From a virus: 64,000 nucleotides of DNA. A program made the position numbers and the translations under genes. The notes below the pieces were generated by a model that had not been told where the DNA came from, searched no databases, and saw nothing but the letters and a program-made list of their open reading frames with translations. The stretch spans positions 12,457 to 76,456 of the IMG/VR virus record IMGVR_UViG_3300043446_004488; one strand, given 5' to 3'. Positions 46,782 to 57,406 of the stretch are shown here, one piece after another. Position 1 is the first letter of the stretch; the number at the start of each line of letters is the position of its first letter.

Positions 46782-47560
46782 CCTACCAAAGGTTCCCAAA
46801 ATCCATAGTAATCATAATCTAACATTTCTTTTGTTCCAAGTTCTGGTGGTCTATTTTTCCAGAAATTAAGAACTCCCTCTACATTGTTTTTGTGGAAGAT
46901 TTCAATATGATCCTGATGAATTCCAGAATCAAAATCATATCTATAAGTAAACAAAGGAATAGAATATGTTCTTCCAGTATTGTAAATAATTTCCTCTGAT
47001 GTAGCCCTTGGCTTGAGTTTTTGGTCTAATCTAAACTTATCTCCCTTCACATGCAGTTTTAAAATCTTTGCTGCATGATGTCTGGTAATAATATAAAAAG
47101 CTGCACAGAAATCATTAATCAATCTTGGATGAAGATTTGCCCTTAAATTTTTGGTGCTGGTAATTGCACACTGTAATACATCCCAATCATATGGAGCAGC
47201 AGCCATAAATCCACCCCAAGTAAAAGGCCAATAAGGGACCGTATCAAATACAATATCATCTTCACATATAATAATATAATCTAAATCAGTTTGTTCATAA
47301 AAATATTTGATTGCCTTTAAATGTGACATAGTACATCCAAGTTCACCTTGAGTGATTAATTCTGGAAACTTTCCTACTAATAAATCACTTACATCATTAT
47401 CTCCTCTTGCATCAATAGCAGAAATTCTAGTATGAGGAATTTCATAAAAATCCAACAAACTAGTCATATGCTCCTTTCTATTCACTTCTGTATCAAGATT
47501 AATCCAAAGTATTGGACCCATCCCTTTAAGTTTCTTTTTGATTGTAGAAGTATCAGTCAT
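46778..47560 (-). CDS. GT25 glycosyltransferase
   Basis: INLD...R, GELGCTMSH, ICEDD. Confidence 0.8.
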   Translation of the reverse strand: MTDTSTIKKKLKGMGPILWINLDTEVNRKEHMTSLLDFYEIPHTRISAIDARGDNDVSDLLVGKFPELITQGELGCTMSHLKAIKYFYEQTDLDYIIICEDDIVFDTVPYWPFTWGGFMAAAPYDWDVLQCAITSTKNLRANLHPRLINDFCAAFYIITRHHAAKILKLHVKGDKFRLDQKLKPRATSEEIIYNTGRTYSIPLFTYRYDFDSGIHQDHIEIFHKNNVEGVLNFWKNRPPELGTKEMLDYDYYGFWEPLVG

Positions 47561-48453
47561 TTATTTTTAATCCAATCCAAAACATTTATACTATAATTCC
47601 AACAAAAATCATTTTTAATTTTATCAATAGATGCTCTAGAATGCAACACTTCTCCAGGTCGTTCTGAAATTCTAATTTGATTTGAAGAGATTGAGTCAGC
47701 TATTTCTTTGATTGTTGTTCCCATACCAGTACCAACATTATAGACCTCTCCATAATTCTTTGAATCTTTTTGATAAGCAAGAACATTTGCAAGAACTACA
47801 TCAGAAACATGAATAAAATCTCTAGTCTGATTTCCATCTCCTATTACAGTTAAAGGTTCTCCTTTTTCCTTTTGAGATTTAAATATAGACATGACTGGAG
47901 CATATTGCCCTGCTTTATGTTGCCCCTCCCCATAAACATTAAAGTACCTAAACATTATAGTTTTAAGTCCATAAAGTTCATAGTACATTTTACAAAGTTC
48001 TTCTCCAGTATATTTTGAAATGGAATATGTATTTAAACATTGAACTTGATTTGTTTCATAACTGGGTATGAATAATGTATTTCCATAAACTGCAGAAGTT
48101 GATGAGAAAATAAATTTATTCACATTATGAATTCTAGAACATTCCAAAACATTCATGGTAGATAAAACATTATTTGCCATGCTTTCATTTGGTCTTTCTA
48201 CACAATATGGTATAGAAACTTCAGAAGCTAAATGAAAAACATTATCAACACCATCAAATAAATGCAGATATTTTGTATAATCTTCAGAAAGATTTTGTAG
48301 ATAATATGTGGCAGACTGATTTTTAATTTTTGGATGAACTCTATCTAAAACTATAACTTCATGTCCTATCCCCACCAAACGATTTACAAGGTGGGATCCA
48401 ATAAATCCACAACCACCAGTCACTAAACTTTTCATCATTATGGCTTCCCCCAT
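47557..48453 (-). CDS. NAD-dependent nucleotide-sugar epimerase/dehydratase
   Basis: TGGCGFIGS, YSISK, RYFNVYG, RDFIHV. Confidence 0.9.
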   Translation of the reverse strand: MGEAIMMKSLVTGGCGFIGSHLVNRLVGIGHEVIVLDRVHPKIKNQSATYYLQNLSEDYTKYLHLFDGVDNVFHLASEVSIPYCVERPNESMANNVLSTMNVLECSRIHNVNKFIFSSTSAVYGNTLFIPSYETNQVQCLNTYSISKYTGEELCKMYYELYGLKTIMFRYFNVYGEGQHKAGQYAPVMSIFKSQKEKGEPLTVIGDGNQTRDFIHVSDVVLANVLAYQKDSKNYGEVYNVGTGMGTTIKEIADSISSNQIRISERPGEVLHSRASIDKIKNDFCWNYSINVLDWIKNK

Positions 48454-49097
48454 TGAGGATATCTATGTGCCTTTAGAAATGAATAATCAACATTCACTTT
48501 TTCAATATCAGAGTAACTATTTCTTTGCCAAGTTAAATGTGGAATAATTACATATGCATTAATCTCTTTATGTGCTTCTGCATAGTGAACATCGCATGGT
48601 TTAGTAATATTAATTAAATTGTCAATGAATCTATCAAAAACTGTAGAATTAATTGCAACTGAATGTGCACATAAAGTATACTCACACTTAAAGACATGTT
48701 CAGATACTTGTTGTAAATTCATTCCATGAAAATGCTGACCTCCAAGATATAACATATCCCAATCAGATGGAACTTCTAAAATATATTGAGAGAAAAGATT
48801 ATTCACATCACTATCAAATTCAATATCATCTTCTAAAAGAAGAAATTTATTTAAATTTAATTGTTTAGCATATTTCAAACAAAATAATTGCGACAAAGCA
48901 CACCCAACTGCACCTTCTTTAATTTCTGGAGGAAAATCAAGATTCATTTTTGAACCTTCAATTCCAGGAACTCTTTCTACATTTAAAGAATGCTTTTTAA
49001 ATTCTTTCTGTGCTTCTTTCCATCTATCTTTTCTAGAATCTAAATTAATACAAAAAGTTTTATCAAAATAATCAGTTAAAATCATATTCTTTCCCAC
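48438..49097 (-). CDS. GT25 glycosyltransferase
   Basis: INLDSRKDRW, GCALS, LLEDD, WDMLYLG. Confidence 0.8.
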   Translation of the reverse strand: MGKNMILTDYFDKTFCINLDSRKDRWKEAQKEFKKHSLNVERVPGIEGSKMNLDFPPEIKEGAVGCALSQLFCLKYAKQLNLNKFLLLEDDIEFDSDVNNLFSQYILEVPSDWDMLYLGGQHFHGMNLQQVSEHVFKCEYTLCAHSVAINSTVFDRFIDNLINITKPCDVHYAEAHKEINAYVIIPHLTWQRNSYSDIEKVNVDYSFLKAHRYPQWGKP

Positions 49098-49882
49098 CCA
49101 TCACAATAAAGATCAGAAGTATCATGCTGAAGCAATGAAGGTCCAAACCATGTTTTTGGTGCTATAACTTTTTTTGATTGTGCTAACCATGCTCCCCACC
49201 AACTAAAAGAGCTATTTGCAATTACATGATACTTACACATAGACATTAAGCACATATCAAAATCAGAAGTATTTAATTGAGAAATCAAAAATCTATCATC
49301 ATCAAATAATTCCTGATTCATACACCAATCAGGATCATCAGAAAATACAATCACAGTCAAATTAGGAAGTCTTTTTAATGCTTCTTTATAGTATTCAATT
49401 GGCGGTGTTGGATGAAATGTTTGTAAGTTTAAATAATCACCACGTCTAATATGCAAAGAAATAACTTCTCTGTCTGAATCAATTTCCTCTACAAATTCTT
49501 TACAATCTTTTGTCAATTGATAAGAAAAAGAAAAATCTTTTCTGATTTGCTTTTCAATATTTTTAAAATATTTTTCAGTTTGAAAATACCCAAGCAAATC
49601 CACATTATCTTCACAAGTATTAAATAATTTTTGATCAAAACTATAACTAGATTCTTGCAATACTTTATTTGTAGTTTGACCAGTATTCACCCAAGAAATC
49701 TTAAATGTATTGTGAATATTAGAATCTGATTGTTTTACGTTCAAATCAGTTGATCCAAAAACATCTTCTGAAGGAATACAAAAATCAAATCCTCTATTTG
49801 CAGCAATACCCCTCAAAGAGGCATACTGAAACATTTGATTTCCCAATCTACCATAATTACCAAGATTATTAAATGATAACAT
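49082..49882 (-). CDS. GT11 alpha-1,2-fucosyltransferase-like protein
   Basis: GRLGNQMFQYA, HIRRGDY, NSSFSWWGA. Confidence 0.9.
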   Translation of the reverse strand: MLSFNNLGNYGRLGNQMFQYASLRGIAANRGFDFCIPSEDVFGSTDLNVKQSDSNIHNTFKISWVNTGQTTNKVLQESSYSFDQKLFNTCEDNVDLLGYFQTEKYFKNIEKQIRKDFSFSYQLTKDCKEFVEEIDSDREVISLHIRRGDYLNLQTFHPTPPIEYYKEALKRLPNLTVIVFSDDPDWCMNQELFDDDRFLISQLNTSDFDMCLMSMCKYHVIANSSFSWWGAWLAQSKKVIAPKTWFGPSLLQHDTSDLYCDGWERI

Positions 49883-50259
49883 TAATCACCAACCTCAATT
49901 CTATAACTATCTTCATCAAAGTGTTGAGTAGAAAATTCAAATAATTCAGTGTCCTCTAAAGCAATCATTTGATGTCTTAGTCCCCTGTAGACATGAAACT
50001 TATCACCTTTACAAAGAACAACTATTTTTGCCTTTTCAATATCATCTTCATGAGAATATTTTAAAGCAATCTTTCCACTTTGAATATAAAAGACTTCATC
50101 TTTGAGTTTATGATAATGCCATGAACATTTTTTATCCTTTACAAAGTAAAGAATCTTTCCACAATACTCTTCACAATTTACAATCCACTTTTCAAATCCC
50201 CATCCTTTTGGAACAAATTTAATTTCTGAAGAAGTCATTTGCATCAATTCCTTTGTCAT
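49882..50259 (-). CDS. Cupin-domain sugar isomerase-like protein
   Basis: KGWG.E, SWHYH..KDE.F, H...E.ST. Confidence 0.75.
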   Translation of the reverse strand: MTKELMQMTSSEIKFVPKGWGFEKWIVNCEEYCGKILYFVKDKKCSWHYHKLKDEVFYIQSGKIALKYSHEDDIEKAKIVVLCKGDKFHVYRGLRHQMIALEDTELFEFSTQHFDEDSYRIEVGD

Positions 50260-50539
50260 CTATGTAATAATCTCCAGAGGGTTTGCCAAGAATTAATTCA
50301 TGATATTTACATCCCCACATTTTAAGTTGTAGTTCTGTAATTTGATAGAATCTTGCTCTTGCCAGGTTTGCATCATTCTGATACCTACCCATTCCCCTGG
50401 CTGTAAAATATATGATTTGGTGTCCTTCATCATATAATTTATTTATTTTATTAATTCTATTGACTATTGGAAGTGCCTTTGTATAATCACCATCAGTTTG
50501 AGAACAGATTGTTCCATCAATATCTACAATATACTTCAT
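50219..50539 (-). CDS. HAD-family phosphatase
   Basis: DIDGT, TARG, GKP...IDD. Confidence 0.8.
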   Translation of the reverse strand: MKYIVDIDGTICSQTDGDYTKALPIVNRINKINKLYDEGHQIIYFTARGMGRYQNDANLARARFYQITELQLKMWGCKYHELILGKPSGDYYIDDKGIDANDFFRN

Positions 50540-50922
50540 CTTCCTAAAATTTTAGTTGTTGAATAATCTCCAATTCTATCAAAGAAAACTAATTCTTTTG
50601 CATATTCAGACCCAATTACAGGTTTACCTTTCCAATCAGATCCAACCATCATTATATCTGGATTATAAACATAAATCAAATATTTTAATTCATCAGAAGT
50701 TTCAAAAAATAAAACTTCATCTATGTGTCTAATAGATTGTAAAACATATTTTCTATCTTCCTGATTATTGAATGGCCTATCTTTGCCCTTGAGTTTTTTA
50801 ACTCTTACATCAGCATCAATAGCAACCATTAAATAATCTCCTAATGATTTTGCATATGAAAATAATTCTATATGTCCTCTATGAAGAACATCAAAACATC
50901 CATTTACAAAAACTAACTTCAT
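50536..50922 (-). CDS. Nucleotidyltransferase (HldE adenylyltransferase domain-like)
   Basis: NGCFDVLHRGH, LKGKDRP, GSDW, YSTT. Confidence 0.85.
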   Translation of the reverse strand: MKLVFVNGCFDVLHRGHIELFSYAKSLGDYLMVAIDADVRVKKLKGKDRPFNNQEDRKYVLQSIRHIDEVLFFETSDELKYLIYVYNPDIMMVGSDWKGKPVIGSEYAKELVFFDRIGDYSTTKILGR

Positions 50923-51695
50923 TTTAAATATTCTTTTACAGTAGTAAATTTATAATCGTCCCACTCCCTTTTAGCACAAGTATAAGTTTGATATTTGCCA
51001 ACTAAATGTTCTGGAAAAGGGACTATATTAATTTTACCATTATACTTATTTGCAACACATTCTGCAACATGTTGAAAACTTACTGGATTACTTGTTCCCA
51101 AATCATAAATTCCAGATGGTTTATCATTGTTTAATACTATATCAACCAAATCATCTACACAAACAAAATCTCTTAAAAAGTTATCAGACCCTTCAAATAA
51201 ATTAAGACAACCAGTTTCTTGAATTTGTTTTGTAAATTTACTTACTGGACTTGCTTGATCTCCTTTATCATCTTCTCCTTCACCATAAACATTAAAATAT
51301 CTAAAACCTTGTATTGAAGAAAAATTATCTAAATTATCTTGAACAAAATAATCTATTTGGAGTTTACTAATTGCATAATAATTTAAAGGATTAATGTCAC
51401 CTTGAGTATTTCCATAGACTGATGCTGATGATGCATACTTAACTGGGATTTGATACATCAATGCATAATGAAACAATTGTAATGTAAATGCTACATTATA
51501 ATGATGTAATGAGTATATATTTTTTTCTACTGTGGAAGATATAGCACCTTGATGAATAATTAATGATACACTATTCCAATCATCAAAATTTCTTAAAAAT
51601 TCCCAACAATTATGCTTATCCAAATAGATAGCATTTTTTAATTTACTCTTAAAGTTTTTCCCTATAAATCCTTCAGATCCAGTAAGAATAATCAT
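50919..51695 (-). CDS. ADP-L-glycero-D-manno-heptose 6-epimerase-like protein
   Basis: HQGAISST, YASSASVYG, PLNYYAISK, RYFNVYG, LFEGS..FLRDF. Confidence 0.8.
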   Translation of the reverse strand: MIILTGSEGFIGKNFKSKLKNAIYLDKHNCWEFLRNFDDWNSVSLIIHQGAISSTVEKNIYSLHHYNVAFTLQLFHYALMYQIPVKYASSASVYGNTQGDINPLNYYAISKLQIDYFVQDNLDNFSSIQGFRYFNVYGEGEDDKGDQASPVSKFTKQIQETGCLNLFEGSDNFLRDFVCVDDLVDIVLNNDKPSGIYDLGTSNPVSFQHVAECVANKYNGKINIVPFPEHLVGKYQTYTCAKREWDDYKFTTVKEYLK

Positions 51696-52261
51696 AATAC
51701 CTTACATACTAAAAATACATCTTGATTATCAATATCTTGAACAGTAAAAGTATATCTTTCGTTTATTGTAGAAACAAAAGTAATTAAATTTTCTGCTTTT
51801 GTTTCTATTGATCCTGTTGGAGGTTTATCTCCTATTGGAGAAAGACAAGATAATGGATTTAAATCGTCAATTATAATTACATGATCTTTAATGTGGTGAT
51901 TTTTAATTTGTGTCAACTCATCAATCAAAGGAATCTTTCCTCTTCCAGGATGCTCTTCAATATCTTGATTTGGATCATTCCACATGTAATGTGCATCTAA
52001 CCAAAATGTTACTGATTCATTTATATCAGAAATCATTTTAGACAAATCTACAGAAGAATCTCCATAATACAATTGGACTTTTTCATTTCCACAGAATCTA
52101 TCTACACATCTAAGATAGTATTGCTCATTACATTCTATAGAAATAATTTTTTCAAATCCAGCTTCCAAAGCTAATTGAATACCATCTCCATAATGACTTC
52201 CAGTTTCCACAAAAATATTATTATGTTTATTTGTTTGTAAATATTGTAAATTTATAGACAT
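51692..52261 (-). CDS. Putative SAM-dependent methyltransferase
   Basis: FVETG...G, GDS, FWLDAH, IIDD. Confidence 0.65.
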   Translation of the reverse strand: MSINLQYLQTNKHNNIFVETGSHYGDGIQLALEAGFEKIISIECNEQYYLRCVDRFCGNEKVQLYYGDSSVDLSKMISDINESVTFWLDAHYMWNDPNQDIEEHPGRGKIPLIDELTQIKNHHIKDHVIIIDDLNPLSCLSPIGDKPPTGSIETKAENLITFVSTINERYTFTVQDIDNQDVFLVCKVL

Positions 52262-52263
52262 AA

Positions 52264-53049
52264 TTAAATAATACTAACTCCTTTTTGTTTTACTACTTTT
52301 GAGGCACACTGATTAGCAAATTTAATTGCTTCAATTATATTTTTAGTCTCTGAATATTTTACCACAAGTCCAGCCATAAAGGTATCACCAGCCCCTGAAA
52401 CATCTTTAACTTCCACTTTATCAACAGAATATCTAACTCCTTGATACTCACATCCTCTAGAACCCATAGTATGAATGATTTTGTTTTTAATATCACTTGT
52501 TAAATATTGTTTTGAATTTTGATATTCAAAATCGTTAATTTTTATGTAAGCAGCATCTTGTATCCAAGGACCAAGAATCTTTTTAGTATCTACAAAAACA
52601 TTTTTGTGATTAGAACAAATTTCTTTTATATCAACTTCTGTTAAAAACCCTTTATTATAGTCTGAAATTGCAATAATATCATAATCATATTCAATTTTGT
52701 TTAAATCAATTCTTGAAATATCGTGGGGAGAATCAACTCTAAAGAATGTATGATTGCTATTATCATGAACATATCTTGTTTTTGTAATATTATACCAATT
52801 TTCATTAGTAAAAATATCACACTCTTTAATTAAACTTTTAATATTTCTATAGACATTTTTAGCCATTCCAGGATTTTCTGTTTGGTCTTTAATAGATAAA
52901 ACTGGAACAGGAACATCAGGGCATAATCTTTGAGCATCACAATATACAAAAATGTCTCTAGAACTTTCTCCAATTACAAGAATTTTTTTCATGGATATCC
53001 AATATAATTTTTGTAAAATTCTGCCACATCTTCTGCTGGATGTGGACAA
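52264..53049 (-). CDS. PfkB-family sugar kinase (HldE kinase domain-like)
   Basis: SDYNKG, DVSGAGDTF; real start probably MKKILVIG. Confidence 0.85.
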   Translation of the reverse strand: MSTSSRRCGRILQKLYWISMKKILVIGESSRDIFVYCDAQRLCPDVPVPVLSIKDQTENPGMAKNVYRNIKSLIKECDIFTNENWYNITKTRYVHDNSNHTFFRVDSPHDISRIDLNKIEYDYDIIAISDYNKGFLTEVDIKEICSNHKNVFVDTKKILGPWIQDAAYIKINDFEYQNSKQYLTSDIKNKIIHTMGSRGCEYQGVRYSVDKVEVKDVSGAGDTFMAGLVVKYSETKNIIEAIKFANQCASKVVKQKGVSII

Positions 53050-53816
53050 AAATGTCTATACAAAGTTGTAGTTAATACTTGTTGTTTAATATTTGGGTTG
53101 TGAGATTTAATAAACAATCTTTCTTTGGGGAGAACCTTAGTAGAAAGATGTGCTCCAAAGGAATCACATCCAGCAAAATAAGAACAGGATGCTACAAGGT
53201 CAACAAAATATTTAATGTTTGGATTAATATAGTGAATATATTCACAATTCAAAGGAATATCTATAGGACAATCAGATACAACAATAACTTTAACATCTTC
53301 TTGAATTGCAAGGTCATTTACAAAGTTCCAATCATCTGATGAGATTGATGCAATATCTCCTTTAGGTCTTGTTGATGTTGGATAATGAAATAAAATATAA
53401 TCACTATGCTCAACTGAACTTGCATTTTTTATAAATGAAGACCCATGATACCCTCTTGTAGTATCAGTAAACATATTTGCAGCATCTACTGATTGTATTT
53501 TACCATTATTCCATTCATCCAAAATACCAAATAATCTCAATCCAACTTCAAAATTTCTTGGAAAGTCTGGTCTAAAATGCCAAAAAGGAATTGCAATAGG
53601 ATCTAAAGATTCCATCGCTTGTTTACCAACTTCATCACTAATAATATGTTGAAGTTTTAGATTTGGATAAGATAGATTATTATCCAAAAGAGGAACTAAT
53701 ACTTTTCCAAATCTACATGCCCAGTATATTTCAGTAATAGATTCTTTTTCTTCTGGAGATAAAATGGCATCAAGATACACCATATCTCCAATGCCAACAG
53801 AGATATATGTTTTCAT
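52989..53816 (-). CDS. Putative GT-B glycosyltransferase-like protein
   Basis: GIGD N-terminal motif and GCDS..AHL motif. Confidence 0.5.
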   Translation of the reverse strand: MKTYISVGIGDMVYLDAILSPEEKESITEIYWACRFGKVLVPLLDNNLSYPNLKLQHIISDEVGKQAMESLDPIAIPFWHFRPDFPRNFEVGLRLFGILDEWNNGKIQSVDAANMFTDTTRGYHGSSFIKNASSVEHSDYILFHYPTSTRPKGDIASISSDDWNFVNDLAIQEDVKVIVVSDCPIDIPLNCEYIHYINPNIKYFVDLVASCSYFAGCDSFGAHLSTKVLPKERLFIKSHNPNIKQQVLTTTLYRHFCPHPAEDVAEFYKNYIGYP

Positions 53817-55009
53817 CAGTATCTAGATTTCCTCTCAATCAACATCATAGGTCTTCCACTTTCTTTAGCACCTTTGACTGCATTCAGAACATCAGAACCA
53901 GTCACAGGGTCAATTACAGGGAAACTAACTGCTGCTCTAAACATATTAGTAAAGTCTTGAGAGTGCGTGATACCAGAATAGAAAGGACCAGCATCAGCAG
54001 TTACAGCACGAATAATCACAGGAACCTTGAACTCACCATGAGAGATTCTTTCAATCTTATCAATATGGTTGATAATTGCATCTGAAGCAACAGTCATAAA
54101 GTCATGGCGTTCATAATAAAGAACAGGAAGGAATCCTTCAAATGACATACCAATTGCAAGACCTGCCATCAGATTCTCTGCCACAGGAGTTTCAAGTTTT
54201 TGTTCCATAGGAACGCCCTTTAGAGTTCCCATGGCATCACCAAAAGCAACATTATATCCAATAAAGACTGCACCCTCTTCACCCAATTCAGTCATAGATT
54301 GATTGATAGCATCCTTATAAGAAATATCAGACTGAATATCATTTGGATATACAAACTCCTGAAGAGGGGGGAAGTATTCATCATCAGTTTTTTTGATTGC
54401 CTTGGAGAGGTCAATCATTCCAGGTTTACGACAATGTGGATATGTGCAGGTATATTGATACCTAATCACAGATGGAGAGTTCCAATCTGGATGTGCAGTT
54501 TTGCCCCACCTATCTTGATTTGATGCTTCACAAGACCTATCATTACTTTCAATTACAAAAGTGCAAGGTAAATCCCATCCATCAACATATCTGACTGCCT
54601 CAAAGAGGTGTCCATTATCTTCTGTTCCATCTCCAACAAAACACCAAACTCTTTGGTCAGAACCCTTTTTCTTGAGTGCCCAGGCAATTCCAGCAGCAAT
54701 AGCAGGAGTTCCACCAATAATAGCAGAAAGAAAGAAATTCCTTTCCCTATCATAGATAAACATACTTCTTCCATTCAGGATTCTATCCTCTACAACTTCA
54801 GGAGGAACTCCATGAAGAAGTGCATGATAATGATTTCTATGATTTGAAATCACATAATCACCCTCTCTGATATTTTCAAAGATTTCAATCAGTTGGTCTT
54901 CATTTCCCCCTGACAAGTGAAAAAGAAATGGAAGTTTGTTATCAAGATATAAATCACCAATATGGTCTTCAAAGGCAATAAGTTCTTTTTTGGTCCACTT
55001 CTTTCTCAT
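53816..55009 (-). CDS. Thiamine-diphosphate enzyme: fused E1 alpha + transketolase pyrimidine-binding domain
   Basis: HLSGGNE, GDG...N TPP motif, ETPVAE..MAG.A.G, HSQ. Confidence 0.85.
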   Translation of the reverse strand: MRKKWTKKELIAFEDHIGDLYLDNKLPFLFHLSGGNEDQLIEIFENIREGDYVISNHRNHYHALLHGVPPEVVEDRILNGRSMFIYDRERNFFLSAIIGGTPAIAAGIAWALKKKGSDQRVWCFVGDGTEDNGHLFEAVRYVDGWDLPCTFVIESNDRSCEASNQDRWGKTAHPDWNSPSVIRYQYTCTYPHCRKPGMIDLSKAIKKTDDEYFPPLQEFVYPNDIQSDISYKDAINQSMTELGEEGAVFIGYNVAFGDAMGTLKGVPMEQKLETPVAENLMAGLAIGMSFEGFLPVLYYERHDFMTVASDAIINHIDKIERISHGEFKVPVIIRAVTADAGPFYSGITHSQDFTNMFRAAVSFPVIDPVTGSDVLNAVKGAKESGRPMMLIERKSRY

Positions 55010-56058
55010 ACATCATCTCCAATTTTAATCATAATTCTACCAGCATTTCCAGTTTTTAACAAGTCAAACGCATCATTTACTTCATCTAAAGTGAATGTAT
55101 GAGTGATTAACTTACTAATATTTAACAAACCTTTTTGATGCAGTTTTACATATCTGGGAATGTCTTCCTGAGGATTTGTTTTTCCTCCTTGAGTTGCTTT
55201 GATACTTTGACCCATTCCATTAAACAGATTGACTGCATTCATGACCTCAACAAACTTACCAGGAGCAGGTTGTCCTACAAGAATCATTCTTCCTGTATTG
55301 GAGAGAATAGAAATACCCTGACTGATAACTTCAGGAATACCTGTTGTATCAATTACAATATCAACCTTACCAGAAATATCTTCTATAGATGTATAGAATT
55401 CTTGAGCACCCATCTCAAGACACAAATCTTTTTTGGATACATTATTATCCACTGCAATAATGGGACAAGCACTTTTCATAGATGCTGCCTGAATCAGATT
55501 CAGTCCAACACCACCAGTTCCAATTACAGCAACACTCTCACCAAACTTCAAGTCAACTTCATTATCAATAATCCCCATGGCAGTTGTCAGAGCACATCCA
55601 AGGATGGCACAAAGTTCTGGTGGAGTGTCTTGTGGAACAGTGGTCAATCTGTTCTCAGAGACAATAGAATACTCACTCAAAGTAGTTACTTTACCACTAC
55701 TCATAGACTTGTCATCCATTACATAAGAAGGAAATGGTGCTTCAATACCAGTTCCAGGTCTCCAGTGCATTACAACCTTATCACCAACTTTGACTGTTGT
55801 GACACCAGGACCAACTTCCTGGACAATTCCACAACCTTCATGACCCATCAAATGAGGAAGAAACTTTGCATTTCCCTTGTGTCCTCTGATTTCATGCAAC
55901 TGTGCTCCACACAGTCCACTCACAAGGACCTTTATTAATACTTGACCGACCTGAAGATTCGTCAGTTCCACTTCTTTGACTGCAAGTGGTTTATCAATTT
56001 CTACTAATACTGCTGCTTTCATTTTAATTGTACTTGTATTTTTTGGTAAACAATCCAT
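55006..56058 (-). CDS. Zinc-binding alcohol dehydrogenase family protein
   Basis: GLCG, GHEG, GTGGVG. Confidence 0.9.
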   Translation of the reverse strand: MDCLPKNTSTIKMKAAVLVEIDKPLAVKEVELTNLQVGQVLIKVLVSGLCGAQLHEIRGHKGNAKFLPHLMGHEGCGIVQEVGPGVTTVKVGDKVVMHWRPGTGIEAPFPSYVMDDKSMSSGKVTTLSEYSIVSENRLTTVPQDTPPELCAILGCALTTAMGIIDNEVDLKFGESVAVIGTGGVGLNLIQAASMKSACPIIAVDNNVSKKDLCLEMGAQEFYTSIEDISGKVDIVIDTTGIPEVISQGISILSNTGRMILVGQPAPGKFVEVMNAVNLFNGMGQSIKATQGGKTNPQEDIPRYVKLHQKGLLNISKLITHTFTLDEVNDAFDLLKTGNAGRIMIKIGDDV

Positions 56059-56794
56059 CTATGTCCTTATAATTATCTTCATATCTATTTTCCCAATGTC
56101 TAGACCACAATTCTATATCATTTTCTTCACACTTTAACTTTACCTTTTCCATTAAAAAAAGAATTGCAGTATCTACTGAATAAAAGTTTTTTGCATTAAT
56201 AATAACCTTTAACCAATCAAAGATATTATATCCCTCTATTAAACTCATTTCAACTGTTGGCAAATCATTCTTTACATGAACTTCTTTTTTTATGTCTACA
56301 TGAGGATAACTTCCAAATGTTTTATTCAAAAAATTATATTCAAGTTCATCAGTTAATCCAAGGACATTGTAAAAAAGGTCATTTTCCTTTTCACAATTTC
56401 TTTTGTAATTAAAATAATCTGACCAATCAGTCCAATCAATATCAAACATTTTATATTTTGCTCTCATTACACATCCAGGAATAAATCTGTCTGCTATCCA
56501 ACATGGGTAATAAATAACACTTTCATCTTCATAATATTCAGTTAGATTAAACAAATATTTGTAATTAAAATTTGAAGTAATAGAAACAAATTCTAATCCA
56601 TCAGTTTGAATATAATCCTTTACAAACAAAAGATTATCATTAACTGGGTATATTACTTTATGTCCTTTTTGTAGATTAATATTAACAAGTTTTTGTAAGA
56701 AAAAAATATCACCAAGTCCACAAGGTTGATGAATTAAAACTGTTTTACTCATATCATTCTTTTGCGAAAATTGCATCTCCCCAATTAACATCAC
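56024..56794 (-). CDS. Hypothetical glycan-pathway protein
   Basis: GLGD motif, SVDT; inside sugar island. Confidence 0.55.
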   Translation of the reverse strand: MMLIGEMQFSQKNDMSKTVLIHQPCGLGDIFFLQKLVNINLQKGHKVIYPVNDNLLFVKDYIQTDGLEFVSITSNFNYKYLFNLTEYYEDESVIYYPCWIADRFIPGCVMRAKYKMFDIDWTDWSDYFNYKRNCEKENDLFYNVLGLTDELEYNFLNKTFGSYPHVDIKKEVHVKNDLPTVEMSLIEGYNIFDWLKVIINAKNFYSVDTAILFLMEKVKLKCEENDIELWSRHWENRYEDNYKDIDGLFTKKYKYN

Positions 56795-57404
56795 TCATTT
56801 CAGTTTGAATGTGAACAAATCCAAAGTTTTTAAAGTAATTATATAATTCATCAAACAATGGATTGTCATGATATGGAGGATTAAACAATGTAACCTCAGA
56901 ATTAATATACTTCACATTTTCAAGAACTTTAGTTGCTCCTTGAGAAATTAAAAGTTCTGCTCCTTGAGTATCCATATTTAATAAATCAAAATCATACCCA
57001 AGATTATTTCTTTCTAAGAAAGTATCTAATGTTAATGAGTTAAGTTTAATAGTTCCCCTATAGCATTCAGATCCCCACCAGGAATTTTTTGCTTTTAGCA
57101 TAGAAGACATTCCTTTGTTTCCAACAAGGTGTCCTGCATCCCAACCATAATATAAATTAAAGTCAGTTTCTACATCATCTTTATCTGAAACAAGTTGATT
57201 GAATGGAAGACTTTCAATTTCAGAGATATTCATAATCTCAAGATTTTCCAAAAGTTCTTTATAAACTTCAGGATTTGCTTCAATCCAAACTACTTTTTCT
57301 ACACCAATCTCTTTATATTGTGGAAGTTCTCCCCCCCTATCTGCCCCCACATGAAGAACTGTTTTAATATTCTTCTTTAAGAGATAATCATTTCTAAAGC
57401 TCAT
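56754..57404 (-). CDS. FkbM-family methyltransferase
   Basis: HVGA, EANP, TLD, MDTQGAEL. Confidence 0.85.
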   Translation of the reverse strand: MSFRNDYLLKKNIKTVLHVGADRGGELPQYKEIGVEKVVWIEANPEVYKELLENLEIMNISEIESLPFNQLVSDKDDVETDFNLYYGWDAGHLVGNKGMSSMLKAKNSWWGSECYRGTIKLNSLTLDTFLERNNLGYDFDLLNMDTQGAELLISQGATKVLENVKYINSEVTLFNPPYHDNPLFDELYNYFKNFGFVHIQTEMSDVNWGDAIFAKE

Positions 57405-57406
57405 TT

